A stretch of 61,154 nucleotides of DNA, filler included, from Ionaspis alba (lineage: Eukaryota), in NCBI GenBank assembly GCA_964255285.1. It is 3 parts of 3 records of this genome, joined end to end, with 100 filler letters (N's around TTAATTAATTAA, not from the genome) between each part and the next. Parts side by side here need not be neighbours in the genome. Positions count along the whole stretch, not along the records: positions 1 to 20,325 come from CAXUUL010000247.1; positions 20,426 to 40,740 come from CAXUUL010000248.1; 1 more part is not named here. One strand, given 5' to 3'. Shown in pieces: positions 11,739-25,108 of the stretch (its first letter is position 1; each line of letters opens with the position of its first letter). The position numbers were made by a program, and so were the translations under genes. The notes beneath the pieces are model-generated. The model had not been told where the DNA came from. It saw only the letters and a list, made by a program, of their open reading frames with translations, and did not search any database.

Positions 11739-12343
11739 GAGGGGAAGACCTCATCTCAAGAGGCAATATTTGGATCTGGCTACATGGTGTCCCAAATGGA
11801 CAAACCAAAGGGGCCTCAAGAGAGAGGGCACCTGTTGGACCATTTGCTTAAGGTATCCATTGCATAGTATCAGCACACTTCCTCTGATTGGTTAAAGGAA
11901 AGAGTGGTTGGAGGATGCCGCCCCCACACGGGTGGTAATTTGAACGATACGCCACGTTAAGGGAAACGCCGCTAAAATAGCTTGACTCAAGCCGGTACGG
12001 GACTTTGAGCTTTAGTGACCGATCCGCAATTTTCCACTAATGTACGTAGTGGTCTATACCGTAATATAAGGTATTTACATCATGTACGTACTCTAGACGG
12101 AGCAACTAAGATACAGAAAACTTCCATTTCCTACAGTCAATTCGTGATCGATTTGTACTTTTTTGAATGCTCTAGCTCATATTGCAATTCATATTAACCC
12201 GCCCCGGCCCGAATCTGTCGTTCATGTTACATTGTTTGTGTAAAGAGTTAGAGAGATCATAGAAGACAAAAATCTCATACAGTGCAGAAGTACGGCTTCT
12301 ACTGCCAGTCACCACTTGTCAACTGTCTACCAGGTTGTAAGCC
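11739..12343. promoter_or_regulatory. Putative bidirectional promoter between the CHAT-NLR and gasdermin genes
   Basis: 605-bp spacer between divergent ATGs. Contains a reverse CCAAT (TGATTGG, ~11885) and two TGTACGTA copies (~12041, ~12083). Confidence 0.5.
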
Positions 12344-13222
12344 ATGGGTCGAGATAGAGCTTTCTGGCTTTTGGATCCACTACAGACCATATCTACAACA
12401 AAAGATCCCACCGCATGGCTTGGGCGTATTGTGCTTGATTACCGAACTCCACTCGCAGCATACACTCCGAGGGGCAACTTCACCAACTCGGTTTCGGAGT
12501 TGAACCAGTCTGTATTCCTCAACTTCTCCAATGTCATCAACCATATCACATCCGACTCCTTTAAAGTATCACTTCTCAACTTGTTCGGCGTCTCCTACGA
12601 GGACTACAAATCCCAGGCACATTCGTTCCAAATAGCTCGGGCCCAGAGTTTGAGGATCGTCCAAGACAGAGACGTTCTTACGAAGGTGCTCGAACAGGTG
12701 GAGGTTAGGGCTGATTTGGAACAGTGGCGTTTCAGCACGTTCCGGCCCGTCTATTTCATTGTTGGTGTGCTTGTAGCCAAAGATATCCGATACAGCACAA
12801 AAAGTGCAAACAAGCAAGGCGTTGGTGGTGATATTGACCCTGTTTCAATAGCGGGTCTTGCGGCAGGAGTCCCAATGCCTCTATCAGCTTCCGTTGGTGA
12901 GCACCACATGCAAAGCCGTAATGACAGCGTGGAGTCTGTTGCGCGAGGGAATCGAGTGTTCGCAATTGAGTACCGAGTATTGAAAAAGCGACTCTTCTCC
13001 GGTCGCCCGCATATCGAGGCACACGGTCCAAAGGGGGATCGAGCTTTTGGTCTCGGCGAGAGTGATGATCAATCAGGCCAAGAAGGCGAAGTGGTGGCCC
13101 AAGAACAAATAGAGCTTGACCCCGAGTCCTTCGTCGAAGCTGTAGAGGAGGAGGAGGAAGACGAGGAGGAGAAAAAAAGGTGCTTCATTCTTGATCTTGA
13201 TGCGGAAGACTCTAGTACCTAA
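12344..13222 (+). CDS. Fungal gasdermin-like pore-forming protein (RCD-1/HET-Q1 family)
   Basis: Intronless 292-aa ORF with LGRIV...P near the N-terminus and alternating beta-strand segments. Also has PVYFIVGVLVAK, a Gly-rich hairpin (GVGGDIDP..GVPMPLSASVG), VFAIEYRVL and a ~57-aa acidic tail. Size and its position next to a protease gene fit the family. Confidence 0.8.
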   Translation: MGRDRAFWLLDPLQTISTTKDPTAWLGRIVLDYRTPLAAYTPRGNFTNSVSELNQSVFLNFSNVINHITSDSFKVSLLNLFGVSYEDYKSQAHSFQIARAQSLRIVQDRDVLTKVLEQVEVRADLEQWRFSTFRPVYFIVGVLVAKDIRYSTKSANKQGVGGDIDPVSIAGLAAGVPMPLSASVGEHHMQSRNDSVESVARGNRVFAIEYRVLKKRLFSGRPHIEAHGPKGDRAFGLGESDDQSGQEGEVVAQEQIELDPESFVEAVEEEEEDEEEKKRCFILDLDAEDSST

Positions 13223-14017
13223 TTAGGGCCACCGACGAAACGAAGATCTCTTGTGGACACCTTACATAAATAAAGAATTCTAGATCGGCTTGCGACAACA
13301 ATGTCTATATACTAGTAACATTTTGCTGGTTCTTGAAAACACACGAAACCTCTAAATTACCTTATTTAGACAGAGTTCATATAAGGTAGGTACCTGAGAC
13401 AGCATTCAGGGTTCCGAGGTCATGTATGGTACGGTATGTCAGTGGCTGATGGACAGTCTTTCACTAGTGCAATACGGGTGCCCCGTCGTTCCGTAGGTAC
13501 CTTAGACGTGCCCAAGCCTGACTAGAGGATTTGTCTACCGAAATGGTACAGGGATCCGTGCGGCGGGACTCGCACAACACGGGTTCCCAGATCAAGTACA
13601 TTACACTACTAATTGCGGAATTATGGAACAAGTGCATTATAAGATACATTACCTCGCAGATTGCTGCATCCGTTCATATACGCATAATCATACAAGAATA
13701 CTCCAACAAAGACACAATAGAGGTTCTATCACTGCTGTCAGGCTGTGCGGGCACTTCAAGGCTAATCTTCCACATCCCTGCTCGATCTTTGGGGGCCTTC
13801 TCCAGCTCCAGTGCCGGAAGTAGACGCAGATACGGCGGTGCAGCACTTGACAACCCCTGGCAAAAGGATTGTTTCAGAGTGCAGGTGAAGGAATGGAAAC
13901 AGTTCCTTTTCCAGCATCTATATACATCCTTTCCCAAGTCTTGCTCTGCTCTCTCGTTACTTGTTTATTCGTGCAATCATACTTGTCGCATCCAAGAACA
14001 TATCGAGCAAACTCACC

Positions 14018-16385
14018 ATGAAAGTATTACTTGCCTTGCTTTTGCTTCTTCCCTTCTCGTTAGCAGTGGCTCCAAAAGTTGTTGGGCTTACTATCAAACG
14101 CGACTTGGATATCCATAGACAGTCTCGATTACTGGAACGTAGTGTTCTGCAATCTAACGTGGCCAACGCCGTTCAACTCAACTTCTACTATGTCGACGTC
14201 ACTATTGGAACACCACCCCAACCTCTCGCCATGGTCATTGATACTGGAAGCAGCACGACTTGGGCGCCAAGTTCGAACTCGGGATCTGCGTGTGGCGCCA
14301 ACGGCCAGCTGTGCCCTATTGGTACCTGTGAGTAAACATTTCTTGCGAAGCCACTATGCAAGACAATATGCATACTTGTTATATCACGGGTCCAGGCCGC
14401 TAGCCTGACGAACTATGGATTGGAAGGCCGACAAGGTCTTTGACCTTGTTCCACATTCTTGACACAGACAGATCGTTTTGCTTGTCCAGTTTCCTTCTTC
14501 CCTATACCCTAAACAGCGGGCGGAGACCAGTTGCCTTTCGTCTCTCTTTTCTTGTGACAAACAAGCCAAGGGAGAAGCTGGTCCACGAGGCAAAATGGAC
14601 TTGTGCCCAAAATGTCACTAAATGTTTTGTTTGTGGTTTGGACAGAGTCTCTATATGGTTGTTGTTGCACTGTAGATTGCTAATTTTCTCGCTTCATGCA
14701 TTGAAATAATCGATTTAATATCTATTTAGTCAATGAGTTGGCCTCCACCTCATATCAGCCGGAAACACCTGATTTCTCCGCGAAGTACGCCGAAGCCTTG
14801 GAAGTGCGGGGAAATTACTTTACAGACAGTCTGTCCGTCGCAGGGCTCTCTGTGAATCCATTGGTCATAGGTCTGGGCACGAAAGCAGTAACTCCGCCAG
14901 GCACATATTTCAACGGTATCATGGGCCTTGGTCCAGATAATTTGCAAGCAAACATCTCGGTTCATTGTGAAGCGCAGGCCTTGGATGCTTGCAAAGGGCA
15001 GCCTAGTTCGTGTTGGTAGAACGCCTTTAATCCGTGTATTCGCCCTGGAATCCTCGATCAATTGGTCAGACAGAAGTCTATCAATTCTAGAGCATACAGT
15101 CTTTGGTTGAATAATCTTCGTAAGTGGTCCCATTCTCTCGCATTGGTCTCTCCATCTAGCACACGACAGAACGCCCAGCAATCCGGTCGAACCCTGTGGC
15201 TGCTTCCCAGTTCGTTTTCCTCTAGATAAACTAATCGTATAGCCTTGATGACACATAGAATCTATGGAAGGGACAATATTATTCGGAGGCATCGATACCG
15301 CGAAATTCGCTCCTCCACTCTTGTCAGTCCCTTTACAGCCAGATGATGTTACAGGACTTTTCAGGACCATGACAATCGCTTTGGTCGGTATATCAGCTGG
15401 CCTTATTGGCTCACCACCCACCCAACAGTTCCCGATCGTGGACGCAATTCCTGTAATTTTGGATAGTGGCACGGCGAGATTAGTGTGTCATTCGAGCGTC
15501 TACTAAGAATGCTACTGACATGAGCCCAGATTCTTCCAGAGTATTTGGCATCAGATATTCGAAGCTATGTCGGGGCTTCAATACAACCCGGCTTTGCACT
15601 CCCATTTATTCCATGTTATCAAGCAACAGCAGCCTACAGCCTCACATTCTACCTCGGTGGTCCGGACGGCCCAACAATCGAAGTCCCTATGAGCGAGCTG
15701 GTGATCCCTCGCTATCTCCCTGATGGCACACAGCCACGGTTTGCCAACGGAGCGATAGCTTGCGAATTTGGCGTGGTGGGAACGACCCTAGGTACTTATT
15801 ATCTCGGCGACACCTTCCTTCGCTCAGCCTATGTGGTAAGACCAATCCTTTCCCTGCACCCTTTACCTCCTCCTCCTCCCTCGGTTAAGGATCTATGGAA
15901 AACTTCGCTAATGCTTCCTCTTCCCTTCTTAGGTCTATGACCTCGACAACCTTCAGATCTCCCTTGCCCAAACTATCTGGAACCAGCCGCTCTCCAATAT
16001 CGTGGAAATCAACCCCGACGCACATGGCGTCCCAAACGCAAAGAGTCTTGCCACGGCAGCCACGGCACGGGCGAGTTATACGGGGATTCCAAGCTACCAG
16101 GGAGCTGCCATCATTGCCACGAGCTATAGTTTGTCGGCGCCTGCTGCAGGGAGCATTAGGGCTACGGCAACGGACTATTCGGCCTCAGTGTCGCCTCCAG
16201 CCCCTACGTTTTCAGCAGTGGCGCCGACGTCGACGTCGACATCAGGCTTGCCGTCAGAAACAAGAAAGCCTGCTGTATCTAACGGCGGGGTGTCCGGGCG
16301 AGGACTTGCAAGGCTCGTGGGAGCCAATATATTACTTGGCGCTCTGTCGTTGATTACAATAATAGGGCAATTGGTAGTAATATAA
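14018..16385 (+). CDS. Secreted, probably GPI-anchored aspartic protease (A1, yapsin/OpsB-like), 6 exons
   Basis: Signal peptide MKVLLALLLLL. Catalytic DTGSS and DSGT, plus INSRAYSLWLN, ILFGGID and LGDTFLRSAYVVYDLDN. Ser/Thr-rich stalk and hydrophobic tail. Exons 14018-14327, 14730-14959, 15020-15119, 15259-15482, 15530-15835, 15933-16385. Confidence 0.9.
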
Positions 16386-16920
16386 TTAGGGTTTATTTTA
16401 TATGGTAGGATCTGTGCGGAGTGGTGCTTTGAGATCTCAGTAATTCGATATCTTTTTTTCTATAGGAGACCTGTCAGTGCTCTCATATATTGAGGCTTGA
16501 GACCCAGGCCAGTACACTACTAGAACTGCGCCGTCCACTCTACTTCAACAATAGACCGTCATCTTGAGCATGACTAGATGGTACAAAGTTGACCGCTCCC
16601 ACGGCAATACATGGGCGAAGCTGTGGTACTTCAGACCATTCGCATAAAAATATCCAAAAATTGTTTGCGTTGCGCAACCGGTAGCTATTTCGCACAACCC
16701 TCAAACGGCGCTCACTTTATTCCCAAACAGGGGTAAGGCCGGGGCACATTTCTCCCATCTTGGCACAACTTTACCCTTGACGAATGACGATACTACTTTC
16801 AAGAACTCCATTTCCCAAAAGCAGCATCGGCCATCTCACTAGCGTCATTTGTAGAGATCACCCACCTCCACGCCCCCATCAAACCTGCAAAGTGAATCGC
16901 CAATAGCAACCAACCCTCGC

Positions 16921-17854
16921 ATGGCTGCTGTTCCCTCTACAGCCAGCACGATGCTGCGCGTGTGCGCTCGCCAGCGGTTACCAACCCTTCAAATCACCTC
17001 GATAGCGGCACAACGGCGAGGCAAAGCCGATGTACGAGCATCATTTGACAGTCCCTTCAAGAGTACCAACGAAAGTCGCACGACAAAGATTCCGAACTTT
17101 GGCAATTATATGAGCAAGAGAGGGGAAACTTCGAATAAGGTGTTTCAGTATTTCATGGTTGGAACGATGGGCGCATTGGCTGCTATGGGGGCGAAAGCTA
17201 CTGTTCAAGGTGGGTACCTCGAGACATCGAGTCAGGAGTGATGTCAATTGAGCTGCCTGAGCCCCACGAGGGCTCCATCTTTGAACATGGGTTGATGATA
17301 CGTGTTTACAGATTTCCTCGTCAACATGGCAGCGTCTGCCGATGTGCTAGCACAGGCAAAGGTGGAGATTGACTTGGCAGCCATACCAGAGGGCAAGAAT
17401 GTATGAAGTACCGGCTATTATATCTTGTCACTAGCCGGCTGATGGTCTCTAGGTCATCATCAAATGGCGAGGGAAACCAGTGTTTATCCGCCACCGTACG
17501 CCCGATGAGATCAAGGATGCTGAGAACACAAAATGGGAAACCCTGCGGGATCCCCAGCCAGATTCAGATCGTGTCAAGAAGCCAGACTGGCTAATCATGG
17601 TTGGTATGGAATATTAGCACCCAGTCTTTTCCGGAGTCAATTTGCCTTCTTACTAACAGCGTTACTCTTTAGGTGTCTGCACTCATCTCGGATGTGTACC
17701 AATAGGAGAATCAGGTGACTTTGGAGGATGGTTCTGCCCCTGCCACGGATCCCACTACGATATTTCAGGACGAGCAAGGAAGGGACCTGCACCATTGAAC
17801 CTCGAGATTCCAGCATACGACTTCCCAGAAGATGACAAGGTAGTCATAGGATGA
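16921..17854 (+). CDS. RIP1: Cytochrome bc1 Rieske iron-sulfur subunit, 4 exons
   Basis: Mitochondrial presequence, [37 protein letters not shown] and GPAPLNLE. Confidence 0.97.
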
Positions 17855-18175
17855 GTTGCATTCTTGTTTTCTTTTTGCATGTAAGAATTGGTGATGAGGA
17901 GGTTCATGGCTGTATCATAGAACCCTAGAGGCAGGCTGACTACAAATTAAACACTTGTTTCTATATCTCTGTTACTACTGCCATGCTCTCTTATATCCGT
18001 TATGGCAGGTCCCGCTTACAATGGGAGCTCAGGGTTTGCTAATCCCTAGCTAAGACGCGAGCGCTACGCGAAGTCCATGCCACTTACAGCATCGTGTCTT
18101 TTGTCACAGGAAATCATCCAATTCCTCCATAACCACCCAAGCTCTTCCACTGCAAAAGTCAGAAAGATCGCTAAC

Positions 18176-19139
18176 ATGGCACTTCCCATTTATCCCCGGA
18201 TTCCACTCTCTACACCCCAGCCGTTACCAATTAACCTTACTAGCTCCTCACCACCATCAGCTCAGGATCCACAATCGCCTCAACAGAGACTCCCTCATCC
18301 AGCAGAGTCCCCCACACCGTCTACACCTCTCGACCGCAAGCCACCAATTCCCTACACTCCATCCACCAATGCTCGCCAAAAGGAAAGCCTCCCGTATCTT
18401 CTCCCAGCCTTTTCGACGCCAGTATCTGCTCAACCTCAGTCATCAAGCTATGCTCAGCACCAAACCCCAGTCCATCACACAGCCTTCTCCCCAAGCTCCA
18501 TCCGAAGCCCTCCCGCATCTCACACGCATCCTCCGACTCCCAGGCAAATCAACGCCGTCCCCATATCCTTCACAACCTTCCTCGAGCACCCCACTCTTCC
18601 CCTCGACCATCTCTTCCTTCCGCCGGACCCTTCAGCGCCTTACGCCTTCATCTATCGTCGGCCTGGAACCGCAGGAGTGGAAGTGCCATGGATTAAGAAG
18701 GAGTTTGCGCCTATCGAATCACATGTGTACCAGCCTCAGCTCACAGCGAATGGACTCTTGGGGCCGGTTGACGTGGTCCACACCAAATGGAGTACAAGGG
18801 CTGGTACTACCGGCTTTTCCAGAGTCGAGGGATTGGAAGATCCTTTTGTAGAACATCCTACTTTCACTGCTTCCATGGCTCACAGTATCGGGGATTGCTG
18901 TGTTGAATCGGTAAGGACTAATCTGAAGAGCAGAGATGTTGCGCCTGGGTGGTTCTGGTGCAGGAATCATTGGACTGGGATGTTTTGTGCGCGTTGGGTC
19001 AGAATAAAGGGATTTCCTTGTCTGGAGTGTGTAGTAAGTTCTTCTTCCCCTTTTTCTAGCACCACGAGTAAGTGGGAATAATAAAAAGCTGACAGCAGCG
19101 CAGGCCCAAGGATATTCGCAAATAGGAGATACTCGCTGA
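18176..19139 (+). CDS. Pro/Ser-rich hypothetical protein with a C-terminal Cys4 motif
   Basis: Long ORF. An intron at 19034-19103 (GTAAGT..GCTGAC..CAG) gives the ending WCRNHWTGMFCARWVRIKGFPCLECVAQGYSQIGDTR*. Confidence 0.5.
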
Positions 19140-19714
19140 GTAAGGAGCTTAGAAAGAATTAATGGAGCACAGATTGTGTGGAGTCATCTTGACCGAGACG
19201 ATGATAGTAAGAAGTTTTGTAATGCTAATCGGGGTGGCAGTTCACTGGTACAGAGCTGCTGGGCTACAAGGCGTCTAATGGTCAATTTGAAACAAAAATT
19301 CGCAGGAGTTGCGTCAGGCTGATAGCGAGGGTGATTGAAGCAGCATACAGACTCTAGCAGCTATATTCGACATACGAACGAGAAAGCAGCTTGACGGTTT
19401 ACAACGACCTCAATTTCTTGTTAGAAGTTAAGACCTATTTGATAATACTTGATGGAATATGATAAGCCAGTAAGAAAAATGACTCGGGAATGCCGATATG
19501 GCTTTCTCTGCTCAACCACCAAAGTCCACTCATCCATCTCACAGACTCCCCACGGCTCAGACTCCTCAAGCGTTCATGACCTGGACGGTCTAGTTACTCG
19601 TTGCGGAAGGTGGGCTGCCTTCTTCCGATATCCCGCAATATCGCAGCGTCTGTGCCGCCAGGTCTTACTGATCGTCCACTATTCGTACATGAGTTCTGAT
19701 CTCCCATAGCCGTA

Positions 19715-20325
19715 TCACCCCTCCTCGTCCCGCTCTAAGAATCCTGGATCAACCTCAACCTTCCTTTCGAACTTCCTCCACCACTCCTGGAAGCTTTTTA
19801 ATGGTATAACCTCACTCCCACTTCCTCCTTCCGCGAAGCTGGCCAAGAAATTGAAAGCATTCTTTATGATCTTTTGCGCCAAGACTTTGGTAGTAGGTGG
19901 GCGTTTGACAATCGCAAGAGCTGTCGAAGACTCCTCGGAAGTTGTCGAGGCTGCCTTTAGGCTGTCCAATTGTGCAGCTATTCCTGCTGCAGGCTCAATA
20001 GATATTCCTACCGTGATATCCCCTCCTGCTGTCCCGGCCCCATTGACCACTCCTACGTCCTCTCCTGCATCCATATCAACCTCTGTAATACCTTCTCCTC
20101 CAGCCCCTGTTGTATTCAAGCCATTCACTTGGAAGATCGCACTCTGTTTCTGCGTCCCTATGGCGCCTAACAGCTTGAACTCGGTGCTCCCAGGGAATTG
20201 AATGTAGACGGCAGCTGCGGCATCGGCAGGGAGCTCATTTCCCGGAAGTAGAAAGACAACGATGTGGCTAAAGTGTGGGAAGGAAGAGAAAGTATGGGCG
20301 AATTGGGTTGGGCTGAGGGTTTGTA
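19715..20325 (-). CDS. OPI10: Hikeshi/OPI10 (DUF775) protein, 5' end lost in the gap
   Basis: HIVVFLLPG, FKLLGAI..QKQSAIF, KVLAQKIIKNAFNFLASF and FQEWWRKFERKVEVDPGFLE. Confidence 0.9.
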
Positions 20326-20425
20326 NNNNNNNNNNNNNNNNNNNNNNNNNNNNNNNNNNNNNNNNNNNNTTAATTAATTAANNNNNNNNNNNNNNNNNNN
20401 NNNNNNNNNNNNNNNNNNNNNNNNN
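20326..20425. other. Scaffolding gap with artificial TTAATTAATTAA linker
   Basis: A 12-mer with stops in all six frames sits in the middle of the Ns. The same structure occurs at 40741-40840. Confidence 0.9.
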
Positions 20426-20435
20426 CCCGAAAGGA

Positions 20436-22969
20436 TTAGGCATCTAATCTTCCGATTCCGTCACCTCCAACTTCCTCTTTTCCTCCCTTCCTCCGACCGC
20501 CCTTCCTTGGACTGGTCGGCTTCTCTTCTCTCTCTCCTTTCATACTCAAAAACTCGTCCTTACCAGATCTTGCATCTTCGCTGGTCTTGGCCCAGCCGCG
20601 TCTCTTTTCACCCACCCAATTACCCCAACTGGATAGATAGGCGCCCGCCTTGACTCCGGCAGCCCCCACAGCTGCCTGCGCATGACTGAGATCTGGAGCA
20701 CGCGCCCGAAGACTCGCCGTGTCGAAGCCTCTTCCGGGTGTCGAAGGGGTCGTTTGCGTAGAATCGGTGGCAAAGTCAGATGGTGATGGTAGCGTGCCAG
20801 ATCCCCCTGAGGAGAAGGCTGGCGTGGTGGGCGTCATACCGGTCATCAAGCCGCCCTTTCCATCGCCGGCGAGGCTTCCTGCCCTTGCCTCCCCATACTT
20901 CTTCCGCTGAGCCTCGATATCGGCCCAGAGGTTATTAAAGGCACTGGTCATTCTCTTCTGTCCAGCCTCAAGGTGCCGGTTCACAACTTCTCGACTCACG
21001 GCCAGCCGCTCGTCAAGGTGCAGGTCTTGTATCTGCTGTGCTAGCCGCCGATTGATATCTTCGATGCTGAGGCCCCCAGCAGTCGGATGTCGCGGCTCCA
21101 CAATATCAAACAAATGGTTTTCCGTGCAACGGTCCCAGAGGTTGAAATTCCCAGTTTTTTTCCAAGCCTCGATAAAATTCTCGTTGAAATCCATAGACGG
21201 ATCGCCGTCGATATCCGAGAAGGCGGTAAGGGACCGTTTGTGCAATGGGACTGCATAGAGGTATTTGTGATACTTTGCAGCGGCTAGAAGTGCGAGTACG
21301 TATTCCTCAAATTGGAGGCGGATGAACTCTTCAGAGCCCATGTACCCATGTGTCGTGGGTCGGCTAGGGTTAGACGCATCCCATGTCTGGGCAACGGTAC
21401 CGGCAAGAAAGTCGATCCAGCGACGGTCAGCCGGGGATAGAGCTAACGCTTGACGAAGAGAAGCAGACGTTACGCTTATGCTTGATTCGTCCAACTAAGA
21501 GACTTCTGTCAGCGGGAGTGCTCAATGTAGAGCCATGAGCGACATGATGAGAGGCTCACATTGATGAGAATATCGCTATAGCGATCCTTCTGTTGGAGAA
21601 GGAGTGAGTTGGTTGAGCCGACTATATACGATCTAGTGCCATAGTCTGCTAGAATATCAAGCTGCTGGAGAGGAGTGTATGGACCGAAAAGGCTCCCCTG
21701 GGAAGGTAGTGAGATTCTCTTCTAATTTATTTTACGGGTCATTGCAGATGTACCTTCCCGAATATTTGCAATGGTAGGCCCATATATGTAAGCACTGAAA
21801 GTCTGTAAGCGTTTGGCCATCGAACGATAGACTAGCCCTTACAGGAACTCCGTTCACTCGTCTTCAATGAAGTTGGCATAGACATGTTTCTCTCGTAGCT
21901 GTCAAGCTCCGGGTCTGCACAGTCCTCGAGTCTCCGTAATAACCCTGGTATCAGAGAAATCAACGCGAACTGCATCATACAAAGTCTCTCGCATCGAGAT
22001 CCGAAAAACAACATCTTTGGTAAGATCAGCAGGTCTTCTAGCCACCCGAGAGTTGAAAGCACTACCTTTGGTTGTAGTAAACAGCATTTAAACAATACTA
22101 ATGTCTGGTGTTTAAATTCATGAAGAAACTCCCTCAATGATAGTCCTGGAGTGGTCTGTCAGCATCGGCCAATTCGAAACGATATAGTTTAGCAGCTCAC
22201 CGAGATACTGATCTCTCTCTTCTTCTCCCTCCAATCCATGAGCAAGACTCTCCTGAAATTCCTGTTGATATTAGTTTCATTCAAGTAACGATTGATTTAT
22301 CACTCACCGACCTTCAAGATCTCCACGTCCGTAAAATCTCTTCAACTCCCCGTGTCAGCCCCTGCCTTCAATAACCCATTCAACGATCCTTCGGTGCTTT
22401 TCTATCCAGCATGGACAGCATACCTTTGTATGAACCATGCTCGTGTAACACTCAGCAGTTTCTCCCGTACTGCTCCGAATGACCCAGGATTACCGGCAAT
22501 CACGACGAGTGACTTCTGAACTGTACTTCTAGTAACGTCTTCTGGACGGTGCAGGAGCTCTTTGGCGTCCAGCTGCCGTGTGCAAGATATACCGAATAAT
22601 GAGCTCGCTCGATGGGAGGACGTTTCGTGGCGACGAAGGGTAAAGTAGGAGAAGTCTTCTGTGGTGCTGCATTGGCCGTCAGCAAGCCGATTCGGGCATA
22701 GACTTGCGGTATAGGACCATTGGAGGGGAAGGAAGGATAATCATACGTATGAGCACCATCCGAAAGGGCCATAAATGGAAGAAAGCTCCAGTCATTGTCG
22801 GCAGCTGGATCGGTACCAGGTGGAACACCAAACCATCTCTCTATCTCCGGTCCTCTGATGAAGTTTCAGCGAATTGTAAGGCCGGACTTTGGAGGATGAG
22901 GGAAACACACCTGGCATGATGGAATCCGACGACGCAGACGATGGGTGTGTATGCGGCTTTAGAGGCCAT
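20436..22969 (-). CDS. AVL9: Late secretory pathway protein Avl9 (DENN-like), multi-exon
   Basis: Start MASKAAYTPIVCVVGFHHAR, then PFMALSDGAH, LFGISCTRQLD, FKHQTLVLFKCCLLQPK, FGPYTPLQQLD and GSEEFIRLQFEEY. Confidence 0.9.
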
Positions 22970-23564
22970 TCTGCCCGAGGGCTTTGGATCAATTGCGAGA
23001 TTTTCCTATGGGAAGATGTGGCGGATGGAATTCACCCATTCTTCCTTCCAAAGATTCGCAGATACAACTTGAGTAGGAGTGTAACTGGGTAGAGTCACAA
23101 TTCCGGAGCGGATCTGTTCCTGGATATTGGTTGTTACATACATACACTAGATCAGAGCGAGTAGGCTTCCGAGTAAATTCAAAAATTCAATGATAGAGAG
23201 CTCGTGATTCTCCACGTTGCTTTGAAGGTTTCTCCTGGTTCTTTCTCGATTTCCTAATAATTTCTATATTGCTTCTATATACGGGTTGAAGTTATGACGA
23301 AGAATCGAGCATTGGGATTATCTTTTTCATGGTATTCGCTCCTTTCTCCGTGGCTTGGGGTTTCATTGACGGGGAAACCTCAAAAGCGGAGTAGAGCTGG
23401 GGTAGCTTCAACCACAAGAGAGGCTACGTGAATTCATGGGCCAACTGCTATCCTGCATAGGCTCCAAATCTCGCCCGACACAAACAAAGTTAACCCGAGG
23501 TCTTGAGCGCTCTATAGGGAATCGCGAAAAGGGACGACGTGTTCTAGCGACCATCAAGATCCAG

Positions 23565-25108
<1,544 letters not shown>

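Noticed and set aside
13531..14118. 195-aa ORF upstream of the aspartic protease
   Set aside because: Non-ATG start, no recognisable motifs, and it overlaps the protease promoter and first exon in another frame.
14018..16385. Aspartic protease as the gasdermin activator
   Set aside because: Its signal peptide and GPI-type tail place it outside the cytosol. The divergent cytosolic CHAT protein is the better candidate.
16669..16678. Palindrome GTTGCGCAAC upstream of RIP1
   Set aside because: A single 10-bp palindrome is expected by chance in 61 kb, and nothing else supports it.
20326..20425. TTAATTAATTAA palindrome inside Ns (also at 40741-40840)
   Set aside because: Artificial six-frame-stop scaffolding linker.
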